Shown: positions 40,286-49,796 of the stretch, one piece after another
Position numbering within the stretch: position 1 is the first letter of the stretch
Layout of the letters: each line of letters starts with the position of its first letter
Notes under the pieces: generated by a model
The model's database searches: none
Told to the model about the DNA's origin: nothing
Seen by the model: the letters and a program-made list of their open reading frames with translations, nothing else
Position numbers and translations under genes: made by a program
Source of the DNA: Micavibrio sp.
Lineage (GTDB): Bacteria > Patescibacteriota > Minisyncoccia > Moranbacterales > GCA-2747515
Assembly: GCA_020718085.1 (NCBI GenBank)
Contig: DYDB01000006.1
Location: 8,510-72,509, forward strand
Length of the DNA: 64,000 bases
Direction: 5' to 3'

Positions 40286-42979
40286 ATGAAAAAGTTTGCA
40301 CAGAGACCATATCACACCATGTCGTCTAGTGCGTCACTTCTGCATCTGCAAACATCTGAAAAGGGATTGAGTGATTTTGATGCCGCAGGACGTATCAATG
40401 CCTTTGGAAAGAACTCTTTGCCAATGCAAAAAAAGTTATCGCGAACACGTCTTTTTTTGCGACAATTTCACAATCCATTGATCTATATTGTGATCATCGC
40501 TGCGGTGGTTTCCTTTGCAATTGATCATGTTGTAGATGCATTTTTTATTCTTTTTGTGATCGTTCTCAATGCCGTTGTGGGATTTGTGCAAGAGAATAAA
40601 GCGGAGAGATCCCTTGAAAAATTGCGTGAGAGCATAAAACAATATGTACGAGTGATCCGCTCTGGACGTAAGAAAAAGGTGTTATCAGAGGATGTTGCTG
40701 TTGGGGACGTTGTGGATCTCATTGCGGGTGACCGCATTTCTGCAGATGGACGATTGTTCATGATAGCTGATTTTTATGTGAATGAATCCACCTTGACCGG
40801 TGAATGGCACGATGTGGAGAAAAACATTGATATTATCGATGAAAATATCATCACTTCCGATCAAAAGAACATGGTTTTTGCTGGTACAAATGTAACACAA
40901 GGTCATGCACTTTATGTCGTAACTGCAACAGGAGTGGATTCTGAGCTTGGTAAAATTTCTCATTTTGTACAGAGCACGGAGCAGGCGAAGACGCCTCTGC
41001 AAAAAAGATTTGCACAGCTTTCTGTGATCATAGGTTTTGCAATTTTTGTTGCGATTCTCGGATTCGCTTTTGTGGGTGTTTGGCGAGGACAAGATGTGAA
41101 AGATATCTTTATTGCAGCTACAGCCCTTACCGTAAGTGCAATTCCAGAAGGATTACTTCCTGCCGTGACGATCGTGCTGATTTTTGGCATGCGTCGATTG
41201 GCACGACAATACGCATTGGTGAGGAAATTAAATGCGAGTGAAACAATGGGTGCGATCACAACTATTTGCACAGATAAAACAGGCACGTTAACGGAAGGGA
41301 AAATGGGTGTTAGTCACATTCTTACTGGAGCAAATGAACTGTTGGACTTCAATGATGGTGGAATTACAACACATGCAAAACATAAGGATTTTTCTGGACA
41401 TATCAAAGCCTTGACAATTGCATCTGTCGTTAATGATGCATATGTGGAAAATTTACAAGATGAACTATCACAACCAATCGTGCATGGCAGACCGACTGAT
41501 CGGGCACTTTTGATGGCTGCGATACAGGTTGGAATCGATGTGGAGGCATTTCAATATGAATATCCATTAGTGGATCAAGAGTTTTTCAAATCGGAGAGCA
41601 AATATGCAGTTCGTATTCATCAGTGGGGTAAGGATAAAATGCGTATTATGATGTTGGGAGCACCAGAACAAGTGCTGTCCAAAGCTTCTTTTATTGATGT
41701 TCATGGAGTGCGCATGCCAATCAATTCAATTGAGGGGGATCGGCTCAAAGAAACATTTGAAGATCTCACGCGAAAAGGTTTGCGTGTTTTAGCGTGCAGT
41801 GAGCGTGTCTTGACGAATGAAACATTTCAGAGATTGTCAAAAGAAGAAAGATATGAGTCAATGTCCCTCGTTGGCTTCATCGCTCTCAAAGATCCTTTGC
41901 GTTATGATGTAGAAGAATCGTTGCATGTTGCAGAGCGGGCGGGCATTCGCCTTGTCGTTATTACGGGAGACCATGCTGTAACCGCAAGATCTGTGATGGC
42001 GGAATTAGGACATAATGTATCTGAACAAAATATCTGTCTTGGAACAGAAATGGATCATATGTCTGACGCACAATTACAAGAACGTGTAAAATATGTGCAG
42101 ATCTTTGCACGTGTTTTGCCGGAACATAAAATTAGGATCGTGCGTGCATTGCAAAATAATGGAGAAGTTGTGGCAATGGTGGGGGATGGTATCAATGATG
42201 CACCGGCAATTAAAGCATCAGATGTTGGCATCAGCATTGGAGAGGGTGCGGATATTGCAAGAGAAGTGTCGGACATTGTTCTTCTTAATAGTAGTTTTAC
42301 GACGATTATCAAGGCAATTGAGCAAGGGCGTGTGATCTATGAAAATATTCGCAGGGTTCTTATTTATCTTGTGGCGGATGATTTTTCTGAGATTTTTATT
42401 TTTTTTGTTGCAATGTTCTTTGGTTGGCCATTACCTCTTTTGCCTCTGCAGATATTATGGATCAATATGATCGAAGATAGTTTTCCAAATATTGCACTAA
42501 CGACAGAATATGACAGTAAGAATTTAATGAAGGAGCCACCACGTAGTCCACACGAACCGATCATCTCCTCCGCATATAAAAAATTTATGAGCATCGTTTT
42601 TATCGTATCCGGACTTGCTGCAACATTTATTTTTTGGGTAACGCGAGAGATCACACAGGATATTGATACGGCGCGCACAGCTGCTTTTGTACTCATTTCC
42701 CTAGATTCCTTGATCTTTGTGTATGTCATCAGAAGCATGCGACAATATATTGTACGTCATGATATTTTTGATAATAAGTATGTGAATTATGCAGTGTTAT
42801 TATCATTTGTGATCCTTCTGGCAGGTTTATATATCCCATTATTTGCGCAATTTTTGGGCACTGTGCCATTATCTGGTGACATGTGGATCGTAATTGCGCT
42901 CATAACGATCATTGAAGTGGTGATATTTGAGGCAAGTAAAGGCATGTTATTTATACGACAAACGCAAGCGAAAATGTAA
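40286..42979 (+). CDS. Cation-transporting P-type ATPase (type II, Ca2+/Mg2+-ATPase-like)
   Basis: Phosphorylation motif 'ICTDKTGTLTEGKM'. 'TGD' hinge. 'VAMVGDGINDAPAIKASDVGISIG'. 10 TM. 897 aa. Confidence 0.9.
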   Translation: MKKFAQRPYHTMSSSASLLHLQTSEKGLSDFDAAGRINAFGKNSLPMQKKLSRTRLFLRQFHNPLIYIVIIAAVVSFAIDHVVDAFFILFVIVLNAVVGFVQENKAERSLEKLRESIKQYVRVIRSGRKKKVLSEDVAVGDVVDLIAGDRISADGRLFMIADFYVNESTLTGEWHDVEKNIDIIDENIITSDQKNMVFAGTNVTQGHALYVVTATGVDSELGKISHFVQSTEQAKTPLQKRFAQLSVIIGFAIFVAILGFAFVGVWRGQDVKDIFIAATALTVSAIPEGLLPAVTIVLIFGMRRLARQYALVRKLNASETMGAITTICTDKTGTLTEGKMGVSHILTGANELLDFNDGGITTHAKHKDFSGHIKALTIASVVNDAYVENLQDELSQPIVHGRPTDRALLMAAIQVGIDVEAFQYEYPLVDQEFFKSESKYAVRIHQWGKDKMRIMMLGAPEQVLSKASFIDVHGVRMPINSIEGDRLKETFEDLTRKGLRVLACSERVLTNETFQRLSKEERYESMSLVGFIALKDPLRYDVEESLHVAERAGIRLVVITGDHAVTARSVMAELGHNVSEQNICLGTEMDHMSDAQLQERVKYVQIFARVLPEHKIRIVRALQNNGEVVAMVGDGINDAPAIKASDVGISIGEGADIAREVSDIVLLNSSFTTIIKAIEQGRVIYENIRRVLIYLVADDFSEIFIFFVAMFFGWPLPLLPLQILWINMIEDSFPNIALTTEYDSKNLMKEPPRSPHEPIISSAYKKFMSIVFIVSGLAATFIFWVTREITQDIDTARTAAFVLISLDSLIFVYVIRSMRQYIVRHDIFDNKYVNYAVLLSFVILLAGLYIPLFAQFLGTVPLSGDMWIVIALITIIEVVIFEASKGMLFIRQTQAKM

Positions 42980-43027
42980 GGATAAAAAAACGCGCACTTT
43001 CATTTTTTTGGGAAGACTGTTACAGTA

Positions 43028-44113
43028 ATGATATGTAAAAATAGTATGATGCATAACGATATGATCCTCAAAAATCTCAATATTTATTTCTTTCTGGCAC
43101 TTCTGATAGGTGGTTCTATCGCGGGGTTTTTACTTGTCAAACCATTTCTTGGAGCTATATTCATTGCCGCGCTTTTTGCCGTACTTTTTAATAGACCTTA
43201 TGAGTATATAAGTGCAAAAATGCACAGTCCGGCGATCGCATCTGCGATCATGCTTTGTATTGTGGTCATCACGATCATTTTGCCGATCATATTTATTTCT
43301 GGATTGGTAGTTAGTGAAGTGTCGCAAGTGATTGCCGAGGCTACAATAGAAGATTCTGGTATGCGAAAATCTGTGGATGCGGTTGTAGAAAAGGTCTCAC
43401 AATTGCCATTTTCAGAAAAAGTGCTACATAACATAACACTGGACAGCATTAATGAAGAACAAGTTGTGAGAGTGTTAAAAAATACCGCATCATTCTTTCA
43501 AGCCGCATATCAAAGTGTTGTTAATGGTGTGATCGGATTTTTTGTGATGCTTTTTACGTTATTTTATTTCTTTATTGACGGACGACGTTTTGTGCACTAT
43601 GGAATGCAACTGAGTCCGCTACAGGATAGACATGAAGTGAAATTGATCCAGGAATTTATCTCCATGACACGCGCAACATTAAAAGGCACTGTTGTAATTG
43701 GATGTATTCAAGGAATCATCGGTGGTATTGCATTTGCAATTGCAGGAGTTGTTTCACCAATTTTTTGGATGGTTGTAATGATCGTCTTTAGTATTATTCC
43801 TGCTGTGGGAGCAGGTTTTGTGATCTTTCCTACAGCGATTGTGATGCTTCTCTTGGGGCATGTGTGGCAAGCGATCTTCCTGATCGTGGTCGGAACACTT
43901 GTATCAATTATTGACAATATTTTGCGACCAAAACTAGTCGGAAATGATACCCAGATGCATAGCTTGGCAGTATTCTTCGCAACGCTTGGCGGACTAAAGC
44001 TTTTTGGATTCATTGGATTTGTCGTTGGTCCGATCATTATGGCGCTCATGCTTGCAATGTGGAAGATCTACGCTGTTGAATTCAAAAAAGATCTGGAGCG
44101 ATTTAACGCATAG
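43028..44113 (+). CDS. AI-2E family transporter (UPF0118/PerM-like)
   Basis: 8 TM. C-terminal 'LVSIIDNILRPKLVGNDTQMHSLAVFFATLGGLKLFGFIGFVVGPIIMAL' is the AI-2E signature. Confidence 0.7.
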   Translation: MICKNSMMHNDMILKNLNIYFFLALLIGGSIAGFLLVKPFLGAIFIAALFAVLFNRPYEYISAKMHSPAIASAIMLCIVVITIILPIIFISGLVVSEVSQVIAEATIEDSGMRKSVDAVVEKVSQLPFSEKVLHNITLDSINEEQVVRVLKNTASFFQAAYQSVVNGVIGFFVMLFTLFYFFIDGRRFVHYGMQLSPLQDRHEVKLIQEFISMTRATLKGTVVIGCIQGIIGGIAFAIAGVVSPIFWMVVMIVFSIIPAVGAGFVIFPTAIVMLLLGHVWQAIFLIVVGTLVSIIDNILRPKLVGNDTQMHSLAVFFATLGGLKLFGFIGFVVGPIIMALMLAMWKIYAVEFKKDLERFNA

Positions 44114-44115
44114 CT

Positions 44116-44946
44116 ATGCAGGAATTTTGGCAACATCTTCCCGAATATTTTGATCCGATCGCATTTTCGATTGGAGAATTTTCGGTTTTTTGGTATTCGC
44201 TTATGTGGCTTACGGCATTTGCTGTGTGTTATGGCATGTTGGTATACCGTATGAGAAACAAAGAAATTGCATATGATAGGGAGTTAATTCAAGATGTCAT
44301 AACCAATGCACTTTTTGGTGCGTTGGTGGGAGGGCGATTGGGGTACGTGTTTTTCTATGATCTGTCATACTACGTTACAAATCCACTATCTATAATTTCT
44401 CCATACGACTTTAATTTGGGAGAATGGGTTGGCATCTATGGCATGAGCTATCATGGGGGTGTGATTGGTGTGGCGATTGCCATTTTTTTAATAGCACACA
44501 AAAAGAATATACGTGTGTTGAAGCTTTATGATCTCATAGTACCTGTTGTGCCATTCGGTTATATGTTCGGGCGTATTGGAAATTTTCTCAATCAGGAGTT
44601 AGTGGGGCGTATCACAACATCGCCTGTAGGCATGTATTTCAATGAGGAATCAGTACTGCGTCATCCATCGCAATTATATGAAGCTTTTTTCGAAGGCTTG
44701 GTATTATTTGGGATCATGTGGCAATTGCGCAATAAAGAGTTTTCGACAGGAACGCTTTCGGCGCTTTATCTCATGCTATATTCATTTTTTCGGTTTGTGA
44801 TCGAATTTTACCGTGCGCCTGATGAGCATCTTGGTCTCATTGTCGGCAATCTCACAATGGGACAGTTATTGTCGATTGGCGCCATCATTCTAAGTACGGG
44901 ATTTTTAATATATCGGAGAATGCATCGTGATCAAAAATTCTCATAA
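44116..44946 (+). CDS. lgt: Prolipoprotein diacylglyceryl transferase
   Basis: 'GGRLGYVFFY', 'YHGGVIG', Lgt signature 'GRIGNFLNQELVGR'. 276 aa. Confidence 0.9.
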   Translation: MQEFWQHLPEYFDPIAFSIGEFSVFWYSLMWLTAFAVCYGMLVYRMRNKEIAYDRELIQDVITNALFGALVGGRLGYVFFYDLSYYVTNPLSIISPYDFNLGEWVGIYGMSYHGGVIGVAIAIFLIAHKKNIRVLKLYDLIVPVVPFGYMFGRIGNFLNQELVGRITTSPVGMYFNEESVLRHPSQLYEAFFEGLVLFGIMWQLRNKEFSTGTLSALYLMLYSFFRFVIEFYRAPDEHLGLIVGNLTMGQLLSIGAIILSTGFLIYRRMHRDQKFS

Positions 44947-44996
44947 TGGTCAATAATCAGAAAAAATCTAAATATTTTTTATTATAGTTTAATCAC

Positions 44997-45839
44997 ATGG
45001 AGCATGTTTCCGCATTTATTTTTGCAACGTTTCAGGAAGCATTTGAGTATATGCATCCATATCTTTCCAATTATCAAAAATTTTCCAGATCTTTATCAAA
45101 ACAGATCAAGGTCAAAGAAAATGATAATATTCAATACAGCTTTGATGTGAAACTGGATCAGATGATCAAAAATAAAATTGAAGAATTTGGTATTACTGGA
45201 AAGATATTTTCAGAAGAAAGCGGATTTTTTGAATGTGGAAAAAATGTCTACAGAGTTGTCTATGATCCATTTTGTAACAGTTCTCTAGCAACGCGCACTT
45301 TTCAAGAAGCAGCTATCGGCATTTCTGTTTTTAGTTATGACTATGAATTTATCACTTCCGCCATTATGGATTTTCAAACTGGCATTGTGGGAATCGTGCA
45401 AGATGGAAAAAGTAATTTTTATCAAATTCAATCAAAAGAACAACTTATTTTTGATTATGTTAAAAATGAAACTCTTGAAGATTCTTGGGCTGTGATTACG
45501 TTGGAAAATCGTGAGGAAAGAAAAAATGTAGATGAAATTTTTGACATATTGAAAAAAACAAAAAGGATCATTGTCAGTAGTGGTCATATATACTGGCTAA
45601 AATTGGCAACTGGTATGATAGATATCTATGCTGACCCTTTTGGTGGAGAAAAGTTATATGAAATGTTCGCATGTACCGTGGCTCAGAAAAATGGTTGCAT
45701 TGTTACTGATAAGGATGGAAAATATTTTGATCCGGTTGAAAATTTGAAAATATTTGAGAACGATCAAAATCATATATATTATCCTGTTGCTACAACAAAT
45801 GAGGCTTTACATAAAGAGATTCTTAAACATATAAAATAA
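44997..45839 (+). CDS. Inositol-monophosphatase/FBPase-fold protein with degenerate catalytic motifs
   Basis: 'KIFSEESGFFECGKNVYRVVYDPFCNSSLATRTFQEAAIGISV' aligns with the IMPase 'sEE....wviDPiDGTtnF..g.p.faVsIal' region (DPxDGT becomes DPFCNS). 'IDIYADPFGGEKLYEMFACTVAQKNGCIVTDKDGKYFD' aligns with the C-terminal 'gkldgy.e..lkpWD.aAg.li..EAGG.vtd..G' region. Confidence 0.45.
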   Translation: MEHVSAFIFATFQEAFEYMHPYLSNYQKFSRSLSKQIKVKENDNIQYSFDVKLDQMIKNKIEEFGITGKIFSEESGFFECGKNVYRVVYDPFCNSSLATRTFQEAAIGISVFSYDYEFITSAIMDFQTGIVGIVQDGKSNFYQIQSKEQLIFDYVKNETLEDSWAVITLENREERKNVDEIFDILKKTKRIIVSSGHIYWLKLATGMIDIYADPFGGEKLYEMFACTVAQKNGCIVTDKDGKYFDPVENLKIFENDQNHIYYPVATTNEALHKEILKHIK

Positions 45840-45873
45840 GAAAGATCCAAATAATGAGAGAAACTTTAAATTT

Positions 45874-46302
45874 ATGAATACAGAATTTGAGGTTAAAATA
45901 TTGGCAATTGATATTGATGAGATCATTGTGAAATTGGCAGAATTGGGAGCAGAAAAAATTGGTGAAAAACAGCAAAGAAGGTTTGTGTATGATCTCATGC
46001 CAAAAAAAGAAAATTTATGGATCAGATTGAGAACGGATGGACAAAAGACAACAATGACCCTCAAAGAAATTCAAAATGATAAGATCGATGGCACGAAAGA
46101 AATCGAAATTCTTGTCGATGATTTTGATAAAACAAAAATTTTTCTGGAAAAATTGGGATATGAACATAAGAGTTATCAAGAAAATAGGCGTACAAGCTAT
46201 ATTCTGGATGGCGTGGAAATAGAAATTGATCTTTGGCCTCTTATTCCGCCATATGTGGAAATCGAAGGAAAGTCTGTTGATATGAAGTTGAACGAATGGT
46301 GA
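45874..46302 (+). CDS. CYTH-domain protein (class IV adenylyl cyclase / triphosphatase-like), apparently C-terminally truncated by a frameshift
   Basis: N-terminal ExExK signature 'EFEVKI'. 'WIRLRTDGQKTTMTLKE', 'VEIEIDLWP'. Only 142 aa; CYTH proteins are usually ~180 aa. The missing C-terminal part is found in the -1 frame at 46296..46436. Confidence 0.6.
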   Translation: MNTEFEVKILAIDIDEIIVKLAELGAEKIGEKQQRRFVYDLMPKKENLWIRLRTDGQKTTMTLKEIQNDKIDGTKEIEILVDDFDKTKIFLEKLGYEHKSYQENRRTSYILDGVEIEIDLWPLIPPYVEIEGKSVDMKLNEW

Positions 46303-46436
46303 AATTACTCGGATGTGAATCGTCACAAACAACGTCGATGAGCGTGAGTGATGTTTATAAAAAATACGGCATAGATATTGCTTCTATGAAAGAGTTGAAA
46401 TTTGGATCAAAAAACAAAGATGCAAATGTGACATGA
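46296..46436 (+). other. Out-of-frame ORF (46 aa) likely encoding the displaced C-terminus of the CYTH protein (frameshift or pseudogenisation)
   Basis: Frame 0 ORF MVKLLGCESSQTTSMSVSDVYKKYGIDIASMKELKFGSKNKDANVT overlaps the CYTH stop by 7 nt. Combined length is ~188 aa. Confidence 0.3.
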
Positions 46437-46481
46437 AATGTATCTCACACTTTTTTCAAAAATGTGGTATACTGTCTTGGT

Positions 46482-47795
46482 ATGGATATAGGTGAAGATT
46501 ATTCGCATCTATATGCGGGTGAAATAAAAAAACGGAAAAAGAAAATATATACAGACGGTTTAAAAGTTGTCGCGAAGAAACTCTGCGTTGATGCAGTGCG
46601 CGCACAAATGGGAGAACGTCATAATAATATTTCTGCCTTACTTCTACGGGGTGAGCGCACGAGTTTTTTTGTTACTGAAGATTCTGGTAAATATATCACT
46701 CCACTTGCACAACAAAAATACATGCAGAGCTATGAGCGCATCAACGCTGGGATGCGTTTTGATAGTGTGCATATTCGCTATCAAAAAAAATATACTGTCG
46801 GTGAAATGCATGTAAAACAATTGTCGGTTTATACAGATCGTTTCTTCAACACGGTGGAAAATTATCGCGCAGCCCTGCGTATTACGATGTCGCCTGTGCG
46901 TATGTACCAAGTTTCACTTGGAGGTGCGATGATATTTGGCATGGTTTCCATGAGCATGATCTATCAGAACCTTGGTCCCAGTGTATTTGCTGAGGGATTA
47001 GAAAATGTTATGAATAAAAATGATGATGCAAAAGAGGTTGTGCGCGTGATCGAAAATGTTGCCGATGAAAAAGAGCTTGTACAAGAAGAAAAAGTAGATG
47101 AAGGAAATGAAGATGTAAAAGAAGACGTGCAGGAAGAGATTAAGAGGACTGATGAAGTTTCTAAAGAAGAGGGACAGATCAAAAATGAAGATGAAAATAT
47201 ACAAAAGTCGGAACCGGTGATCATGTCGGATATTGTACCAAAGAATACGGAAGCGACTTCGCAGGAAAAACAAACGTCCGAAGAAAATAAAATGCAGGTT
47301 GTAACAAAATCAGTTGATAGTGTTGTCAAAAAGGAAGATGTGACAGAATCTGAAAGCATATCGGAAAAAACTCTTGAAGAATTGGCATATGAAACAGTAA
47401 AAGGACATCCAATTGAAAAGATGTTGCCATACATTCTCGAGCAGGATCCTGAAGTGGCAAAATATTTTATTGCCATTTCAAAACAAGAAAGCGGTTTTGG
47501 TGAACATGTGCCGGTTCTTAACGGACAGGATTGCTATAACTATCTTGGGTATCGTGGAAAGCGCAAGTTGATGGGAACGGGTGGACATACATGTTTTAAT
47601 AGCCGTAAGGATGCAGTGGAAACGATCAGTAAGCGTATCAAAACATTGATCTATGATCAGGATCAGAACACAGCACGAAAGCTTGTGGGTACATGGAAAT
47701 GTGGTAGCAAGGATTGTGCCGGACACTCAAAAGAGAGTGTCGATCGATGGGTGGGTTCTGTGGGGTCAACATATGATCAATTATCTGGAAAATGA
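46482..47795 (+). CDS. Membrane-anchored protein with an acidic E/K-rich linker and a C-terminal Cys-rich transglycosylase-like (QES motif) domain. Paralog of the 58718..59536 gene
   Basis: TM 'GGAMIFGMVSMSMIY'. ~130-aa low-complexity E/K region. C-terminal domain 'GHPIEKM...AISKQESGFGEHVP...DCYNYLGY...C...AVE...KR...WKCGSKDCAGHSKESVDRWVGSV'. The ORF track starts at the GTG at 46464. Confidence 0.55.
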   Translation: MDIGEDYSHLYAGEIKKRKKKIYTDGLKVVAKKLCVDAVRAQMGERHNNISALLLRGERTSFFVTEDSGKYITPLAQQKYMQSYERINAGMRFDSVHIRYQKKYTVGEMHVKQLSVYTDRFFNTVENYRAALRITMSPVRMYQVSLGGAMIFGMVSMSMIYQNLGPSVFAEGLENVMNKNDDAKEVVRVIENVADEKELVQEEKVDEGNEDVKEDVQEEIKRTDEVSKEEGQIKNEDENIQKSEPVIMSDIVPKNTEATSQEKQTSEENKMQVVTKSVDSVVKKEDVTESESISEKTLEELAYETVKGHPIEKMLPYILEQDPEVAKYFIAISKQESGFGEHVPVLNGQDCYNYLGYRGKRKLMGTGGHTCFNSRKDAVETISKRIKTLIYDQDQNTARKLVGTWKCGSKDCAGHSKESVDRWVGSVGSTYDQLSGK

Positions 47796-47916
47796 TCATG
47801 ACTCTGTGAAAAGGCGTAATAAACGCCTTTTTTGTGTAGTTGCTAAGAACTTGTCAGATATTATTTTACTGGTAATATTGTAATTGTTTTGATTTTTATA
47901 AAAAATAATTTGCATA

Positions 47917-48099
47917 ATAAGTAACTGTCTAGTATCTCACCGTCATAAAATGATTTGTCGATTGAAATGCAAAAATTTCGGCTGCAAAACATTCAGATCT
48001 CGTCATGTTACCTATGGGTAGCGTTCTCTCGATCTTCATGTTTTTCGCTCGAAATTTTAGAATTTCAATTCGACATGAGATATTAGACAGTTACTAAGC
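47917..48099. repeat. Pair of 21-bp inverted repeats (taagtaactgtctagtatctc ... gagatattagacagttactaa, 19/21 complementary) flanking a ~133-bp AT-rich segment immediately upstream of the Nuo-like operon. Candidate MITE-like element or large regulatory hairpin
   Basis: Read directly from the sequence: left arm 47917-47940, right arm 48074-48099. Confidence 0.45.
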
Positions 48100-48105
48100 A
48101 TTTCT

Positions 48106-49137
48106 ATGGAAAAGAGCAAAAGGATGTTGATCGCACTCAATAAAAAGCATTCCGAAATGTTTCAAAGTCAGAGGTTGGAACGGGAGTTGTATCTTTCACA
48201 GCATCCTACAAATGTGATCGTTTTTAAATGTATGGATGGACGCATTCACATGCCGACAGTAACACGTACTCCGCTTGGTATTATGCAACCATTTCGCAAC
48301 ATCGGAGGAAGGTTTGATTTAGGATGGCCGATGCTGAATGAGTCTTTTGATCAACATATCAAAAAAGCGGTGTCGAAAGGTAATCGTACACTCGTTTTGG
48401 TTACATATCATTTTTCCGCCGGTGATGAACATCGTGGTTGTGCAGGATTTAATTATGATTGCGAAGAATCGAAAAGATTCACAGAAAACTTTCGCAAACA
48501 AATTTTGCGTACATATGGAAAAGATAATGGTGTTGTCTACCCGATCCTTGTGGGCTTGGAAACTGATAAAGATGCGCTGATATTTCATGGGGAGCGTGGA
48601 CGCATTTTGGATGTGTCACAAATCGTTGATGCATCATTTGAATCATTATTTGTGTCATTTCATAAATTATATCCATCAATGCCGGAACGTATCCTACATG
48701 ATCTGATCCCATTGGTACAGGGTAATGTGCAATGTATTAAAGAAACAATGAACATGGGCAAGCCGCTCAAGCAAATGGTGCATGGTGAATGGATATTAGC
48801 TGTTGGAAAAGGTTTTGATTGGTTACATACGCCGAACATCGCTCTTATCGTAGGACCGTATGATCCGAATATTGGAGAACCGATCAAAAAAGCGGTAGGG
48901 ATCATCAAATCAAATTTACATACAAAAAAGACGAAAGACGGGTTTGTTCTCTTGTCATCAGCAGTATATTCTGACGCTGCGGAAAAAAACCGAGCAAAAG
49001 AACGCACGACATATCTTAGCAATTTAACACAAGAGATCATTGCGCAGCATTATGCGGATATGATTGCACGTACACATGTAATGTCTGTGATCATCAATGC
49101 ACAAACAATGGAAATGGAAATGATCAATCGAAAATAA
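48106..49137 (+). CDS. Beta-carbonic-anhydrase-like protein (internally duplicated; N-terminal half retains the zinc-site motif), first gene of the Nuo/Ehr-like cluster
   Basis: N-terminal half: 'KCMDGRI' (C-x-D-x-R), 'FRNIGG' (beta-CA RNxGN-like), 'YHFSAGDEHRGCAGF' (H-x-x-C-[AG]). The C-terminal half repeats the fold with ligands lost ('VQCIKETMNMG', 'FVLLSSAVYSDAAE'). Confidence 0.45.
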   Translation: MEKSKRMLIALNKKHSEMFQSQRLERELYLSQHPTNVIVFKCMDGRIHMPTVTRTPLGIMQPFRNIGGRFDLGWPMLNESFDQHIKKAVSKGNRTLVLVTYHFSAGDEHRGCAGFNYDCEESKRFTENFRKQILRTYGKDNGVVYPILVGLETDKDALIFHGERGRILDVSQIVDASFESLFVSFHKLYPSMPERILHDLIPLVQGNVQCIKETMNMGKPLKQMVHGEWILAVGKGFDWLHTPNIALIVGPYDPNIGEPIKKAVGIIKSNLHTKKTKDGFVLLSSAVYSDAAEKNRAKERTTYLSNLTQEIIAQHYADMIARTHVMSVIINAQTMEMEMINRK

Positions 49138-49241
49138 GATATTTGACAGGCACACCGGAGGAGAGTACCATATAGTCTATAAAAAAGCACAAATTGGCAT
49201 CAAAGAGTGACATGCCATGTTTTATAGTGTGAAAAAACTTT

Positions 49242-49787
49242 ATGAAAATTTTTAAGCTGATCTACCTATTGGTTTTTGGAAAAAAAGTAACGGAAAAACG
49301 AAAAAAATTCGAAGAAAAAAACCAGAGCGGAAAAGAATTTGATGTCATTGGTGCAGAGGTGCAACAAATCATCAAAAAATTGTACAATGGTCGATCCTTA
49401 CGCATTCGCGCTGTTGATGCTGGTTCAACCAATGCGGAAGAAATCGAGCTGACAGCATTAAATAATGCATATTATGACATTGATCGCTTTGGCTTGAGTT
49501 TTGTTGCATCGCCGCGTCATGCGGACATGCTCTTTGTAACAGGTCCGGTTACGAGAAATTTGGAAAACGCTCTTCGTACGACATATGAGGCTGCACCACA
49601 GCCGTGTATTGTGGTTGCTGTTGGAGATGGTGCATGTACGGGGGGAATATGGAAAGATTCATATGCTGTAGTTGGTGCCGTGGATCAGGTGATACCAGTG
49701 CATGTGCGTATTCCGGGAGACCCGCCAACCCCAACAGAGATCTTGCGGGGCATATTAACAGCGCTGAAAACAAATAACTCACAATAA
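49242..49787 (+). CDS. NuoB/HycG-like small subunit lacking 3 of 4 N2 [4Fe-4S] cysteine ligands
   Basis: 'SFVASPRHADMLFVTGPVTRNLENALRTTYEAAPQPCIVVAVGDGACTGG...PVHVRIPGDPPTPTE' aligns with NuoB 'ASPRQADVMIVAG...GACA.SGG...PGCPPRPE'. The CCxxE motif is replaced by 'DAGSTNAEEIE' and 'PGCPP' has become 'PGDPP'. Confidence 0.8.
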   Translation: MKIFKLIYLLVFGKKVTEKRKKFEEKNQSGKEFDVIGAEVQQIIKKLYNGRSLRIRAVDAGSTNAEEIELTALNNAYYDIDRFGLSFVASPRHADMLFVTGPVTRNLENALRTTYEAAPQPCIVVAVGDGACTGGIWKDSYAVVGAVDQVIPVHVRIPGDPPTPTEILRGILTALKTNNSQ

Positions 49788-49796
49788 TTCATATTT

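Noticed and set aside
46964-47476. 170-aa minus-strand ORF inside the 46482 gene
   Set aside because: It lies antisense to the E/K-rich low-complexity linker. The S/T/F-rich translation is an artefact of GAA/AAG repeats.
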